Source: Thermoanaerobaculia bacterium
GTDB taxonomy: Bacteria; Acidobacteriota; Thermoanaerobaculia; UBA5066
DNA: 64,000 bases
Assembly (NCBI GenBank): GCA_963816185.1
Contig: CAWFJJ010000030.1
Span: forward strand, 64,001 to 128,000
Direction of reading: 5' to 3'
Under the pieces are notes generated by a model, which had not been told where the DNA came from, did not search any database, and was given only the letters and a program-made list of their open reading frames with translations. This document shows positions 53,826-64,000 of the stretch, piece by piece. Position 1 is the stretch's first letter. Every line of letters starts with the position of its first letter. Position numbers and translations under genes: made by a program.

Positions 53826-54773
53826 TTACCCCTTGGCGATCTTCATGGCCGCCATGATCTCCAGGGCCAGATTCAGCGCCTCGCGCCCGGCTTCACCGCT
53901 GATCGGGGGCTCCTGGCCGGTCTTGACCGCCTGCACGAAGGCGATGATTTCCTTATTCAAAATATCTTCCTGGGGGAAGCGCCGGGTTTCCAGGGCCACC
54001 CCGGGGATGGGGCCCATGGCGCCCGCCTTCTTGAAGGCCACGGTCAGTTCCCGGTTCTCAAAATCCACGGCCAGATAGGCGTCACTCTGGAACAGGCGAA
54101 ACTTGCGCATGCTCTTGAAGGACATGCGGGAGGCGGTGAGGTTGGCGATGCAGCCGTCGGCGAACTCCAACCGGGCATTGGCCAGGTCGATGCGGTCGGT
54201 GAGCACCGAGATGCCCGCGGCCCGGATCTCCTTCACCGGCGACGGCGCCAGGCTCAGGACATGGTCCAGGTCATGAATCATCAGGTCCAGGACCACGTCC
54301 ACGTCGGTGCCCCGCTCTTTGAAAAACGCCAGGCGGTGGCTTTCGATGAAGCGGGGTCGGTTCGCCTTGGCCTTCAGCTCTTCCATGGCCGAGTTAAAGC
54401 GCTCCAGATGACCCACCATCAGGATGCGCCGGCGCTCCCGGGCCAGGCGCACCAGTTCGTCGGCTTCGGCCACGGTGACGCTGATGGGCTTTTCCACCAA
54501 CACGTGACAACCGGCCGCCAGCGCCTCCTGCACCACCCCAAAATGACCGGAGGTAGGCACCGCCACACTCACCGCCGCGACCTCCGGCAAAAGCTCCTGA
54601 TAATCGGTGTAGGCCCTGGTCCCTAAAGCCTGGGCCACCTCGACGGCCCGGGCCTGGTTGAGGTCGGCCACCCCCACCAGTTCCGTGTCTTGCAGATGGG
54701 CGTACTTCTCGGCGTGGAAGCGGCCCAGGTAACCGACGCCGACGACCCCGACCTTGATGGGAGCCTCGTCCAT
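53826..54773 (-). CDS. Gfo/Idh/MocA oxidoreductase, GnnA-like (UDP-GlcNAc 3-dehydrogenase candidate)
   Basis: GVGYLG.FH, VEKP, VGHLERFN, RGTDVDVVLDLMIHDLD, LTASR; upstream of lpxB. Confidence 0.85.
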   Translation of the reverse strand: MDEAPIKVGVVGVGYLGRFHAEKYAHLQDTELVGVADLNQARAVEVAQALGTRAYTDYQELLPEVAAVSVAVPTSGHFGVVQEALAAGCHVLVEKPISVTVAEADELVRLARERRRILMVGHLERFNSAMEELKAKANRPRFIESHRLAFFKERGTDVDVVLDLMIHDLDHVLSLAPSPVKEIRAAGISVLTDRIDLANARLEFADGCIANLTASRMSFKSMRKFRLFQSDAYLAVDFENRELTVAFKKAGAMGPIPGVALETRRFPQEDILNKEIIAFVQAVKTGQEPPISGEAGREALNLALEIMAAMKIAKG

Positions 54774-55019
54774 GATGAAAAAATTCCTCTGTTTAAGAAT
54801 ATCTTAATTAAAAGAAAATTGTTTTCCGCCGGAGCTGACCTGTTATCCTGCTAATTCCAGGCGCATCCCGGGTGTGCCTTGGCTGGCAAAAGCTTGGCAA
54901 GCCAGCCCCATCATACCGGAAAAGGAGACCCTTAGGCAACGAAAACTGCGGGAAACCATTTGACAAGCGCCCTGTGAAGCGATAAAAAATCTTCAAGCTA
55001 CTTTCTGGAGGCAGGATAA

Positions 55020-55949
55020 ATGGTGGAAAAGGCGAAATTTATCTGGCTGGACGGCAAGTTCATTCCCTGGGACGAAGCGCACGTGCACATCATGACCCAT
55101 AGCCTGCATTATGGCTTGGGAGTCTTCGAGGGCATCCGGGCGTACCATTGCCAGGACGGCCGGACCGCCATCTTCCGTCTGAAGGAACATGTCCGGAGAC
55201 TGTTCGACTCCGGCCATGTCATGCAAATGGAAATTCCTTTCTCCCGGACCCAGATCGAAGAGGTTTGCTGTGATATCCTGCGGCGCAACGGTCAGAAGTC
55301 GGCCTATCTGCGTCCCCTGGTGTTCGTGGGCGACGGCGTCATGGGCCTGCATCCCCAGGACAATCCCATCCGGACTACCGTCATCAGCTGGGTTTGGGGC
55401 GCCTACCTGGGGGACGAGGGTTTGGCGAAGGGCATCCGGGCCAAGATTTCGTCCTTCTCCCGCCACCACGTCAACGTCATGATGACCAAGGCCAAGACCA
55501 CGGCCAATTACGTCAACTCCATCCTGGCCAAGCGGGAAGCCACCTCCCTGGGCTACGACGAGGCCCTGATGCTGGATACTGACGGCTACGTGGCTGAGGC
55601 CTCCGGAGAAAATATCTTTATCGTCTCGGACGGGGTGCTGCGCACCCCGCCGATAACCGCGGTGCTCTCCGGTATCACCCGGGCCAGCATTATTACCCTG
55701 GCTCAGGATTTGGGCATTCCGGTGCGGGAAGACATCTTCTCCCGGGATGAGCTCTACCTGGCCGACGAGGCCTTCCTCACCGGCACCGCGGCGGAGGTCA
55801 CCCCCATCCGGGAAGTGGACGCCCGGATCATCGGTCCGGGGAAACCCGGCCCCATCACCCAGAAATTGCAGGCCGCCTTCTTTGACATAGTCAAGGGCAA
55901 GAACCCGCAATACCAGGAGTGGTTGACTTATATAATTAAAAAAATCTAA
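55020..55949 (+). CDS. ilvE: Branched-chain amino acid aminotransferase
   Basis: HSLHYG..VFEG, AK...YVNS, GENIF, LSGITR, TGTAAE; TTGACA-N17-TAAAAA at 54960-54988. Confidence 0.96.
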   Translation: MVEKAKFIWLDGKFIPWDEAHVHIMTHSLHYGLGVFEGIRAYHCQDGRTAIFRLKEHVRRLFDSGHVMQMEIPFSRTQIEEVCCDILRRNGQKSAYLRPLVFVGDGVMGLHPQDNPIRTTVISWVWGAYLGDEGLAKGIRAKISSFSRHHVNVMMTKAKTTANYVNSILAKREATSLGYDEALMLDTDGYVAEASGENIFIVSDGVLRTPPITAVLSGITRASIITLAQDLGIPVREDIFSRDELYLADEAFLTGTAAEVTPIREVDARIIGPGKPGPITQKLQAAFFDIVKGKNPQYQEWLTYIIKKI

Positions 55950-55954
55950 AATGC

Positions 55955-56088
55955 AGTTTTCAGTTTTCAGTTATCAGTTTTCAGCAAAAGAAAATCAAAC
56001 GGGGCCTCGGGAAGGAATTCCCCAAGCCCCGTTCGCATTGCAATTTCTTTGCTTTTACAGAAAACCGAAAACCGAAAACTGAAAACCG
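55955..56088. repeat. Inverted heptamer arrays flanking a hairpin between convergent genes
   Basis: (GTTTTCA)n at 55956-55983 and (GAAAACY)n at 56060-56087 around AACGGGGC...GCCCCGTT. Confidence 0.65.
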
Positions 56089-56090
56089 TC

Positions 56091-56504
56091 TTATTCGGCG
56101 CCGCAGTCCTTGAGATATTGCAGCATGATATCGGTTTCGGTAATCAGGCCCACCAGGTGTTCGCCCTCCACCACCGGCAAACAGCCGATCTTCTTGTCCA
56201 TCATGAGCCTGACGGCCTCACATAACTTGGCGTCCGGAGAGATGGTGGTCACCGCTTTGACCATGATGTCCTTAATGCGCAGGGTCTTCATCAGGTCCCG
56301 GGAGGCCTGGCCGCCGTAACCCAGGGCCTGGGCCAGGGAACTGCGGAACAGGTCCCGCTCCGAGATGATCCCCGCCAGCCGGCCGCCGTCCACCACCGGC
56401 AGATGGCGAATCCTGCCCAGGCGCATGATGTCATTGGCCAGACTCAGTTCATCATTGACATCCAGCGTGGCTATTTCCTTGACCATTACTTCCTTGACCG
56501 TCAT
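56091..56504 (-). CDS. CBS-domain pair protein
   Basis: IRHLPVV..GIISERD; IGCLPVV..GLITETD. Confidence 0.93.
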   Translation of the reverse strand: MTVKEVMVKEIATLDVNDELSLANDIMRLGRIRHLPVVDGGRLAGIISERDLFRSSLAQALGYGGQASRDLMKTLRIKDIMVKAVTTISPDAKLCEAVRLMMDKKIGCLPVVEGEHLVGLITETDIMLQYLKDCGAE

Positions 56505-56699
56505 TCATTATCTCCCGGAGGTGATTCTTGCCTGCTGAGCAAATCTGATGGATTTGTCTAGTTCAGCCTTCTGGTAATGTACGAAATTATCCCGCGGGAG
56601 GCAAATCATTTGGTGGCGGAGGCTTGCCAACCCGGAGCTGCGCAGGCTGAAGCCTGCGGCGACATTTTTCTCAGCGCCAACCGCAAGCCGCCAACTGTC

Positions 56700-57400
56700 T
56701 TACAAGGAGGCCAGCCACTCCTGGCCCCGAACGCTCAGGTCCGCCAAAACCTGAAAACCGCGGCGGGCTTCGTCCGGGCTCAGATACCCCATGCCGCAGG
56801 CCGGGGTGAGCAGGGCCCGGCTCAGGATTTCTTTGAGGCCGGTTTTTTGATCCTGGGCCAGTTGCGCCACCTGTTGGGTAAACCGCGGCCAGAGGCTGTC
56901 GGCGGTTTCCTGGCGAAAATCTGCCGCCCCGGTGGGCACCAGGCCCCAGGCCAGCCAACCGCCCCGGGCGAAAAATTTTGCCACCGCCTGATCATAGAGA
57001 CGCAGACTATCAAAGTAACCGTAGGAGTCGAAACTGAGGATATCGATGGGGGCGGACAAAAGCAGGCCCCAATCGGTGTTGCCGCAGCAGTGCATCCCGA
57101 CGGCCACCGGCCCGGGGGCGGCCTGCCGCAATTCATCTATGGTCTGCCCGATGATCTCCAAAACCTCTTCCCGGGAGATGGGCAAATAGGCGGAGCCGAA
57201 GCCGGTGAGGAAAGGTTCGTCCAGGAAGATGACCGGGTCTTTGCCCAACTCCCTGAACTTCCGGGCCTGCCAGGCGGCCTTGCGGGCCAGGCCCAGGCAG
57301 GCGGCCTGGGTCAGCTCCCGGTCAAACAACATGGCCTTGCCTTCCCGGTCCTTGACCATGCCGGCGAAGGTCACCGGTCCGGCCAGTTGGCCCTTCAGGG
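56700..57400 (-). CDS. MetE/UROD-fold (cobalamin-independent methionine synthase-like) protein, N-terminally truncated at the junction
   Basis: KGQLAGPVTF, FLDEP, GMHCC, ILSFD, AWGLVPT, TPACGMG; the upstream ~20 codons do not resemble the family. Confidence 0.75.
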
Positions 57401-57493
57401 GAAGTCTTCGGCGCGACCAAAGCCGCGACAAGCGCAAGATAGGCGTAAATACTTGATCCGTCAAGGGCAGAAAAGACCTAAACTCCTCGGGCT

Positions 57494-57937
57494 TTGCCGG
57501 AAGAAAGCGCCACGAAGCGACCGAGAACCCTGGGCCGTCGCATCCTGCGGGCAGCTCTCTTCGTCGTCATCGTCGCATTCCTGCTTTTCGCCGGCACCGT
57601 CTTCCTCTTCAACCGGCCGTTCAGCGACAACCCGGATCTGGTCCGGGCTTCGCGCCTGACGACCTCGAATCAGCTCTTCCCGATGCAGGTCGTGGTCTTT
57701 CCCGAACGGATTGCGCGTTATAAGCCTCGTTTCTTCGGCCACATGGAGGACTCGATCTCGACCGACCAGATCGCGTCCGTGAAGATTCAGGCCGGCATGG
57801 CGTTCGCGGATGTCGTGATCGACACGACGGGAGGCTCTCCGCCGATCGTGATTCACGGGCTCTGGAAGAGGGACGCCGAGCGCCTGCGCCGTCTTATCAG
57901 CACCGCGCAGGAGGCCCGCCGAAAGCGGGCGCCGTGA
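57494..57937 (+). CDS. Membrane protein with bacterial PH-like domain
   Basis: N-terminal TM, RASRLT..N.LFP, IASVKI..G..FAD..I.T.GG. Confidence 0.6.
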   Translation: MPEESATKRPRTLGRRILRAALFVVIVAFLLFAGTVFLFNRPFSDNPDLVRASRLTTSNQLFPMQVVVFPERIARYKPRFFGHMEDSISTDQIASVKIQAGMAFADVVIDTTGGSPPIVIHGLWKRDAERLRRLISTAQEARRKRAP

Positions 57938-58026
57938 ACGGACCGTGAAAGGACTCGTCCATTTGAAGTTCGGGCGGTTTGCGGAGAGAATCCGCCGAAC
58001 CCAAAGGCAAATGATCGACAGGGAGG

Positions 58027-58671
58027 ATGCGAATGAAGAACGGTTTCAGAATCACCGCCGTGGCCCTCTGCTGCGTGGCGCTCGTCGCCTGCAGCCAGAA
58101 GGGCCCCGCAGAAGCTGCCCTCAAGGCCGCCGAAACTTCCGTGAACGAGGTCAAAGCCGAAGGAGCGAAGTACGCGGCCGAGCAGACGAAGGGCGTCCTG
58201 GCGTCGTTCGCGTCCGCCCAGGACGCCTTCAACAAGGGCGACTACAAGGCCGCGATGGAGATCGCGCAAGGCGTCCCCGCCAAGGCCAAGGACGTCGTCG
58301 CCGCCATCGCCGCCAAGAAAGGCGAGCTCACGAAATCGTGGAATGAGCTCAGCGCCTCCGTTCCCGGCATGGTCGAGCAGGTCAAGGCGAAGGTCGATGC
58401 CTTGAGCGCGATGAAGAAGCTGCCCAAGGACATGGATAAGGCAAAGCTCGAAGCCGCGAAGGCAAGCCTGGCCGACATCGAGAAGTCGTGGGGCGAGGCG
58501 TCCGACGCTTTCAAGTCGGGCAATCTGATCGACGCCGCCGCCAAGGGAAGCGGCGTCAAGACGAAAGTCACCGACGAGATGGCCACGCTCGGCCTCACGC
58601 CCGGCGCACCCCCGGCCGCCGCTGCTCCTGCTCCCGCAGCGCCCAAGGCCAAGCCGACCAAGAAAGTCTAG
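58027..58671 (+). CDS. Ala/Lys-rich helical lipoprotein
   Basis: Lipobox LVAC; RBS GGAGG; followed by a terminator. Confidence 0.75.
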   Translation: MRMKNGFRITAVALCCVALVACSQKGPAEAALKAAETSVNEVKAEGAKYAAEQTKGVLASFASAQDAFNKGDYKAAMEIAQGVPAKAKDVVAAIAAKKGELTKSWNELSASVPGMVEQVKAKVDALSAMKKLPKDMDKAKLEAAKASLADIEKSWGEASDAFKSGNLIDAAAKGSGVKTKVTDEMATLGLTPGAPPAAAAPAPAAPKAKPTKKV

Positions 58672-58695
58672 GTCCCCCGAATCCTGGAAACCTCT

Positions 58696-58725
58696 GGCCC
58701 GCGGCGAACCGCGGGCCTTTCTTTC
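58696..58725 (+). terminator. Rho-independent terminator
   Basis: GGCCCGCGG-CGAA-CCGCGGGCC followed by TTTCTTT. Confidence 0.75.
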
Positions 58726-58865
58726 GCCCAGGAGCTCGTCTGAGTAGTTGCACGGGTCTCCGGAGGGAGGAAGGGGTTTGGGGGAACCCGATCGGGTTCC
58801 CCCAGGACGTGAGAGCCGCCAGCGCGCCCTACCCCGTGGCGCGCGAAGCGCGCGGCGCGCTGGGC

Positions 58866-60047
58866 CTAGCTCCTATAGTCGGCGTTCAACGACACGTAGT
58901 CGTGCCCGAGGTCCGCGGCCAGCTTCGAGGCCGTCGCCGTCCCGGCCCCGAGATCCACGAAGACGGGAACGCGCTCTTTCCGGAAGATGCGCACCGCGTC
59001 CTTCTCGCGGTACGGGGCGGGAACTCCGTCCTTGACGAGCGTCAGCGAGCCGAGCTTGAGCGAGACGCGCTTTTCCGAGAAGCGGGCCCCGCTCCGGCCC
59101 ACAGCCGCGAGGATCCGCCCCCAGTTCGGATCGCCGCCGTGGAGGGCGGTCTTCACGAGCGGCGACGTCGCGACGGCATGCGCCGCGGCTCTTGCCTCGG
59201 CCTCGGTCCGCGCGCCGGTGACGGTGAGGTCGAGGACGCGCGTCGCCCCTTCCCCGTCGCGCACCATCATCCACGCGAGCGTGCGGCAGACTTCGGCGAG
59301 CGCTTTTCGGAACTCCGGTCCGTCGTCCTTCTCCGCGAGCTCCGGCCCTGAGAGCGCCCCGGAGGCCATCAGGAGAACCGTGTCGTTCGTGGAGGTGTCG
59401 CCGTCCACGGAGACGAGGTGGAAGCTCTCGTCGGCCGCCTCGCGAAGCACCGTCTTGAGGTAGGCAGGCGTGGCAGGGATGTCGGTCATGACGAACGCGA
59501 GCATCGTCGCCATGTTCGGATGGATCATGCCGGCGCCCTTGGCGATTCCCACGACGCGGCCCCGGCGGCCCATCCAGGCGAACGAAGCCTGCGCGACCTT
59601 CGGGCCCACGTCGGTCGTGAGAATGGCGTGCGAGGCGGCGTCGAGACCCGAGGGCGAAAGTCGGTACTTGGCGTCGGGAAGCGCGGCGCGGATCTTTGCG
59701 TCCGGCAGGACCACCCCGATGACGCCCGTGGACGAGACGATGACCTCCTCTTTCGGAAACCCGAGGAGCGCTGCCGCGTGGTTGCGCACGCGTCGCGCGG
59801 CGTCGAGACCCGGCTTCCCGGTGACGGCGTTCGCGCAGCCCGCGTTCACGACCACGGCGCGGACACGGCCGCCGCTACGCCGGAGATCCCGCCTGCCGAG
59901 AATCACGGGCGCGGCCTGGAAACGGTTCTTCGTGAACAGGCCCGCGGCATTCGCGCCTTTCTCGACCACGATGAGCGCAACGTCGGGGCGCTTCTTCCGG
60001 ATGCCCGCGCGCACGCCCGACGCCAGAAAGCCCTTCGGGAGCTTCAT
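58866..60047 (-). CDS. argJ: Glutamate N-acetyltransferase / ornithine acetyltransferase
   Basis: KGAGMIHPNMATML, DGDTSTND, DGEGA, DPNWGRI, NADYRS. Confidence 0.96.
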   Translation of the reverse strand: MKLPKGFLASGVRAGIRKKRPDVALIVVEKGANAAGLFTKNRFQAAPVILGRRDLRRSGGRVRAVVVNAGCANAVTGKPGLDAARRVRNHAAALLGFPKEEVIVSSTGVIGVVLPDAKIRAALPDAKYRLSPSGLDAASHAILTTDVGPKVAQASFAWMGRRGRVVGIAKGAGMIHPNMATMLAFVMTDIPATPAYLKTVLREAADESFHLVSVDGDTSTNDTVLLMASGALSGPELAEKDDGPEFRKALAEVCRTLAWMMVRDGEGATRVLDLTVTGARTEAEARAAAHAVATSPLVKTALHGGDPNWGRILAAVGRSGARFSEKRVSLKLGSLTLVKDGVPAPYREKDAVRIFRKERVPVFVDLGAGTATASKLAADLGHDYVSLNADYRS

Positions 60048-61417
60048 CCCGCACCTCCTGCGAGACGCCTGATCGCGGCCTTCGCGGCGCGTGCCACCTG
60101 CCGCGGCGCCGTGCCGCCCGTGATGTCTCGCTTGGCGAGCGCACGCCTCACGTCGAGCGCCTGAAGATCCTGGGCGGTGATCTCCTTCGAGGGCCCGAGA
60201 GCCGTGAGCGTCGTCCCGAGCGTCTCGGCCTCCGCGATGCGGCGGCCGACGATTTCGTGCGCATCGCGGAACGTCATGCCCCTCTTCGCGAGCGCGTCGG
60301 CGAGCTCGGTGGCGAGGAGGCGGTCGTCCGAGGCCGCCTGAGCCATCCGCTCGCGATCGAGCCGAAGCCCCTCGACGACGCCCGTCAGCGCCGGCAGCGC
60401 GGCCGCGAGAACGCCCCGCACGCGGAAGACCGGCTCCTTGTCGAGCTGGAGGTCCTTGTCGTAGGCGAGCGGCAGCCCCTTGAGAACCGCGAGCAGCCCG
60501 GTCAGGTCGCCGATCGCGCGCCCGGCATGGCCGCGCGCGAGCTCGAGCACGTCCGGGTTCTTCTTCTGCGGCATCCGCGACGAACCCGTCGCGAGCGCGT
60601 CCGGCAGCGTGGCGAAGCCGGACTCGTCGGACGTGAAGGCGATGAGGTCCTCCCCGAGGCGCGAGAGGTGGACGAGGAGAAGCGCGGCCGTGAAAAGGTA
60701 CTCGGCGGCCGTGTCACGATCGGAGACGGCGTCGAGGGAGTTCGCCGTGGGCCTGAGGAACCCGAGGCTCCGCGCGAGGGCCTCGCGATCGATGGGCAGG
60801 GGCGTCCCCGACAGCGCGCCCGAGCCGAGCGGGCACTCGTCCGCACGGGAGGCGGCGTTGTCGAAGCGGCTCGCGTCGCGCCGCAGCATCTCGACGTAGG
60901 CGAGGCACCAGTGGCCGAACGTGACCGGCTCGGCGCGCTTCACGTGCGTGTAGCCCGGCATGGGAGAGGCGGCCTCCGCCTCCGCGCGGCGTGCAAGCGC
61001 GAGCGCGAAGGCGCGCGCCCCCGCCGCTCCCTCGGCGAGGGCCTCTTTCAGGTAGAGGCGGAAGTCGGTCGCCACCTGGTCGTTCCGCGAGCGGCCCGTG
61101 TGGAGCTTCCCCGCGAGAAGCCCCACTTTCGCCGCGAGGCGCGCTTCCACGAACGAATGTACGTCCTCGTCGTCCGCGTCGGGGGGCACGCCCGTCCTAG
61201 ACACCTCGGTGCCGATCTCCTCGAGGCCTGAGGCGAGCTTCTTGACCTCGGTCGGCGAGAGGACGCCGGCCCTGCCGAGGGCCTGTGCCCAGGCGATCGA
61301 CCCGCGGACGTCCTCCGCGAGGAGCGCCTGGTCGAACCAGAACGAGTCGTTGAAGGTTCGAAGAGCCTGGGCTGGAGGCTCGGAGAACCGGCCTCCCCAG
61401 AGCTGGCGCCGGGCCAA
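60044..61417 (-). CDS. argH: Argininosuccinate lyase
   Basis: LWGGRF, LHTGRSRNDQV, TGSSRMPQKKNPD, KDLQ.DKE. Confidence 0.96.
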   Translation of the reverse strand: MARRQLWGGRFSEPPAQALRTFNDSFWFDQALLAEDVRGSIAWAQALGRAGVLSPTEVKKLASGLEEIGTEVSRTGVPPDADDEDVHSFVEARLAAKVGLLAGKLHTGRSRNDQVATDFRLYLKEALAEGAAGARAFALALARRAEAEAASPMPGYTHVKRAEPVTFGHWCLAYVEMLRRDASRFDNAASRADECPLGSGALSGTPLPIDREALARSLGFLRPTANSLDAVSDRDTAAEYLFTAALLLVHLSRLGEDLIAFTSDESGFATLPDALATGSSRMPQKKNPDVLELARGHAGRAIGDLTGLLAVLKGLPLAYDKDLQLDKEPVFRVRGVLAAALPALTGVVEGLRLDRERMAQAASDDRLLATELADALAKRGMTFRDAHEIVGRRIAEAETLGTTLTALGPSKEITAQDLQALDVRRALAKRDITGGTAPRQVARAAKAAIRRLAGGAG

Positions 61418-61420
61418 GGA

Positions 61421-62656
61421 TCACCCTTCCCCGGATACGACGGCCTGATAGGTCGTTCCGGCCTTCAGGCGCAGGCGTCCCTTCGTGGGCAGGCCGAAGA
61501 GGCGGATGAAGCCGGCGGCGTCGGCGGGCGTGTAGCCGCGCATGTCGAACGAGGCCAGGTGCGCCGAGTAGAGCGCGTGCGGCGACGTTCGGCCGACGAC
61601 CGAGGAGGAGCCCTTGAAGAGCTTGAGCGTGACGTCGCCCGTCACGGTCGGCATGAGCGCGTTCATGAAAGCGTCGAGCGCCTCCCGAAGTGGCGAGAAC
61701 CATTGCCCGAAGTACACGAGCTCGGCGTAGCGCGCGGCGAGCTTCTCCTTCTCGTGGACGCTGTCGCGGTCGAGCGTGAGCGTCTCGAGCGCTCGGAGCG
61801 CCTGGACGAGCAGCGTCCCGCCCGGCGTCTCGTAGACGCCGCGCGACTTGATTCCGATCAGCCGGTTCTCGACGATGTCCACCCGGCCGACGCCGTGCCC
61901 GCCGCCGAGTTCGTTGAGCTTCTGGATGAGTGGAACGGGCGCGAGCCTCTGGCCGTTCACGGCCACGGGCAGGCCGGCTGCGAAGGAGATCGTGACGCGC
62001 TCGGGGGCATCCGGCGCCTTCTCGGGATCGACCGTGAGCTTGAACATGGAAGGCTCGGGCTCGAAGCCGGGCTCCTCCAGCGGGCCGCCCTCGTGCGAGA
62101 GATGCCAGAGGTTGCGGTCGCGCGAATAGGAATCCTTCTTCGTCGCGGAGACGGGAATGCCCCGCGCCGCGGCATAGTCGATGGCGTCCTCGCGCGACGT
62201 GATGTTCCACTCGCGCCACGGCGCGATGATCGCGAGCTCCGGCGCGAGCGCCATGTACGCGAGCTCGAACCGGACCTGGTCGTTGCCCTTCCCGGTGCAG
62301 CCGTGCGCGAACGCGTCGCAGCCCGTCGCGAGCGCGACCTCGACCTGTTTCTTGGCGATGAGGGGGCGCGCAGTCGCGGTGCCGAGGAGGTAGTCGTGCT
62401 CGTATGCGGCACCCGCTTTGAGGACCGGGAAAAGATAATCCCTCGCGAACTCGTCCTTCGCGTCGACGAGGAAGAACTCGGAGGCGCCGGTCTTCTTCGC
62501 CTTCTCCTCGAGGCCGGAGGTCTCCTCGGCCTGGCCGACGTCGACGGCCACGGCAACGACCTCACAGCCGTAGTTCTCCTTGAGCCAGGGAATGATGATG
62601 GATGTGTCGAGCCCGCCCGAGTAGGCGAGCGCGACCTTCTTGACCTTCGGTTTCAC
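61421..62656 (-). CDS. argG: Argininosuccinate synthase
   Basis: [34 protein letters not shown]; GTG start at 62656. Confidence 0.97.
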   Translation of the reverse strand: MKPKVKKVALAYSGGLDTSIIIPWLKENYGCEVVAVAVDVGQAEETSGLEEKAKKTGASEFFLVDAKDEFARDYLFPVLKAGAAYEHDYLLGTATARPLIAKKQVEVALATGCDAFAHGCTGKGNDQVRFELAYMALAPELAIIAPWREWNITSREDAIDYAAARGIPVSATKKDSYSRDRNLWHLSHEGGPLEEPGFEPEPSMFKLTVDPEKAPDAPERVTISFAAGLPVAVNGQRLAPVPLIQKLNELGGGHGVGRVDIVENRLIGIKSRGVYETPGGTLLVQALRALETLTLDRDSVHEKEKLAARYAELVYFGQWFSPLREALDAFMNALMPTVTGDVTLKLFKGSSSVVGRTSPHALYSAHLASFDMRGYTPADAAGFIRLFGLPTKGRLRLKAGTTYQAVVSGEG

Positions 62657-63867
62657 GAGACTCTCTCCTTCGGCGGCTCGTGGAGGGTCTCCTCGAGCGC
62701 CTTGATGAATCCGGACAGGGCCGGGCGCGGCACGACATACGGAGGCAGCAGGCGCAGCACCTTCGCCCGGGACGTCCCGACGACGAAGCCCTTCGTCAGG
62801 AGCGCCCTCTGAGCCTCGACGGCGTCCCGGTCCAGCTCCACGCCCCACATGAGGCCGCGACCGCGGACGTCCACGATCGCGCCCTTGCTGCGCTTCTTCG
62901 CGCTCCGGAGCTTCTTCCCGAACCACTCCCCCGTCTCGCGGATCCTCTCGAGGAGGCCGCCGTCGACGATCTCGGAAAGCGTCTCGAGGCCGAGGCGGCA
63001 CGCGATCGGGTTGCCGCCGAACGTCGTCCCGTGGTGCCCGGGCTTGACGAGCGGCGCGATCCGCTCGCCGACGAGGACGGCTCCGAGAGGAAGGCCGCCG
63101 CCCAAGGGCTTGGCGAGGGTCACGAGATCGGGTGCCGCTCCCATCTCCTGGAAGACGAAGAGGTGGCCCGTGCGCCCGAGGCCCGACTGGATCTCGTCGA
63201 ACACGAGCGCCGCGCCCACGCGGTCCGCCGCTGCGCGCGCGGCCCGTGCGTACTCGACCGTCAGGGGAACGATGCCTCCCTCGCCGAGGATCGGCTCGAG
63301 AAAGATCGCGGCCACCTCCGGCGTGGCGGCGCGCTCGAGGGCCGCGACGTCGTTCGGGGGAAGGAAGATCGTCTCGCCCACGAGCGGCTCGAACGGCTTG
63401 CGGTACGCCTCGTTGCCCGTGAGCGCGAGCGCTCCCATCGTGCGCCCGTGAAAGCCGCCCTCGAGCGCGAGCATCCGGCTTCGCCCCGGCGCGGCGAGTC
63501 GCGTGAACTTCACGGCGGCCTCGACGGCCTCCGTGCCGCTGTTACAGAAGAAGACGCGGGGCATCCCGGAGAGGTGCGTGAGGCGCTCGGCGAGAAGACC
63601 CTGGGCCGGGTGGTAGAAGAGGTTCGAGACGTGGAGAAGGTGGTTCGCCTCCTCGCGGAGAGCCTTCACGAGGCGCGGATGCCGGTGACCGAGCGCGTTC
63701 ACGGCTATCCCGGCGAGGAGATCCCAGTAGACCTTTCCCTCGGCGTCGACGATCTTCGCGCCCTTTCCCGCGCGGGGATGAAAGGACGTGCGTTTGTACG
63801 TGCCGAGGATGTTCTCGGCGTCCCGCTTTTCGACGAGCGACGGGGATTCAGGCGGCGGCTGCTGCAA
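62653..63867 (-). CDS. argD: Acetylornithine aminotransferase
   Basis: [48 protein letters not shown]. Confidence 0.94.
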   Translation of the reverse strand: MQQPPPESPSLVEKRDAENILGTYKRTSFHPRAGKGAKIVDAEGKVYWDLLAGIAVNALGHRHPRLVKALREEANHLLHVSNLFYHPAQGLLAERLTHLSGMPRVFFCNSGTEAVEAAVKFTRLAAPGRSRMLALEGGFHGRTMGALALTGNEAYRKPFEPLVGETIFLPPNDVAALERAATPEVAAIFLEPILGEGGIVPLTVEYARAARAAADRVGAALVFDEIQSGLGRTGHLFVFQEMGAAPDLVTLAKPLGGGLPLGAVLVGERIAPLVKPGHHGTTFGGNPIACRLGLETLSEIVDGGLLERIRETGEWFGKKLRSAKKRSKGAIVDVRGRGLMWGVELDRDAVEAQRALLTKGFVVGTSRAKVLRLLPPYVVPRPALSGFIKALEETLHEPPKERVS

Positions 63868-64000
63868 GGCGGGTCCCTCCGATGCCGTCGGTCAGAGCCG
63901 AGGCGTGGCCGTTCGGTCCAGCGATGACGACCTGTGAGACGCCCGCCTTCACCGCTTCGAGGCAGGCGACGAGCTTCGGGCGCATTCCCCCGGCCACGGC
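63848..64000 (-). CDS. argB: Acetylglutamate kinase, C-terminal fragment (runs off window)
   Basis: AGGMRPKLVACLEAVKAGVSQVVIAG...GGTRL*, upstream of argD. Confidence 0.75.
   Translation of the reverse strand, partial: AVAGGMRPKLVACLEAVKAGVSQVVIAGPNGHASALTDGIGGTRLAAAAA

Overview
Bacterial, GC-rich and probably chimeric window. Positions ~1-57,400 look like a deltaproteobacterial (Desulfobacterota-like; inferred from gene content) diderm chromosome. This part carries a lactate permease, a FIST-hybrid kinase pair, a GntR/MFS/LUD/acyl-CoA synthetase (malonate-type) cluster, a Tad/Flp pilus locus with a tandemly duplicated pilin but no secretin, hpnJ-radical SAM-hpnK, hsp20-lon, acpS, a GT2 synthase with a sigma54-like promoter, a cNMP-rhodanese-DoxX fusion operon, efp, ftsB, nusB, rib genes, fbaB, lpxB and ilvE. 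Its intergenic spaces are packed with REP-like palindromes, and many single-base frameshifts, even in essential genes, point to long-read errors. Two ORFs missed by the ORF track read through in-frame TGA codons and look like selenoproteins: an HMA-fold protein with a U-x-x-C motif (7031-7285) and a two-Sec UXX-star glutaredoxin-like protein (45043-45267). A strong sigma70-like promoter at 45776-45804 precedes an unidentified, highly structured ~250-nt leader before a 3D-domain gene. At ~57,400 a MetE-like gene is cut off and sequence style changes abruptly into a CpG-rich arg operon (argB-D-G-H-J), most likely from another organism. No rRNA, tRNA, CRISPR array or transposase was recognised.
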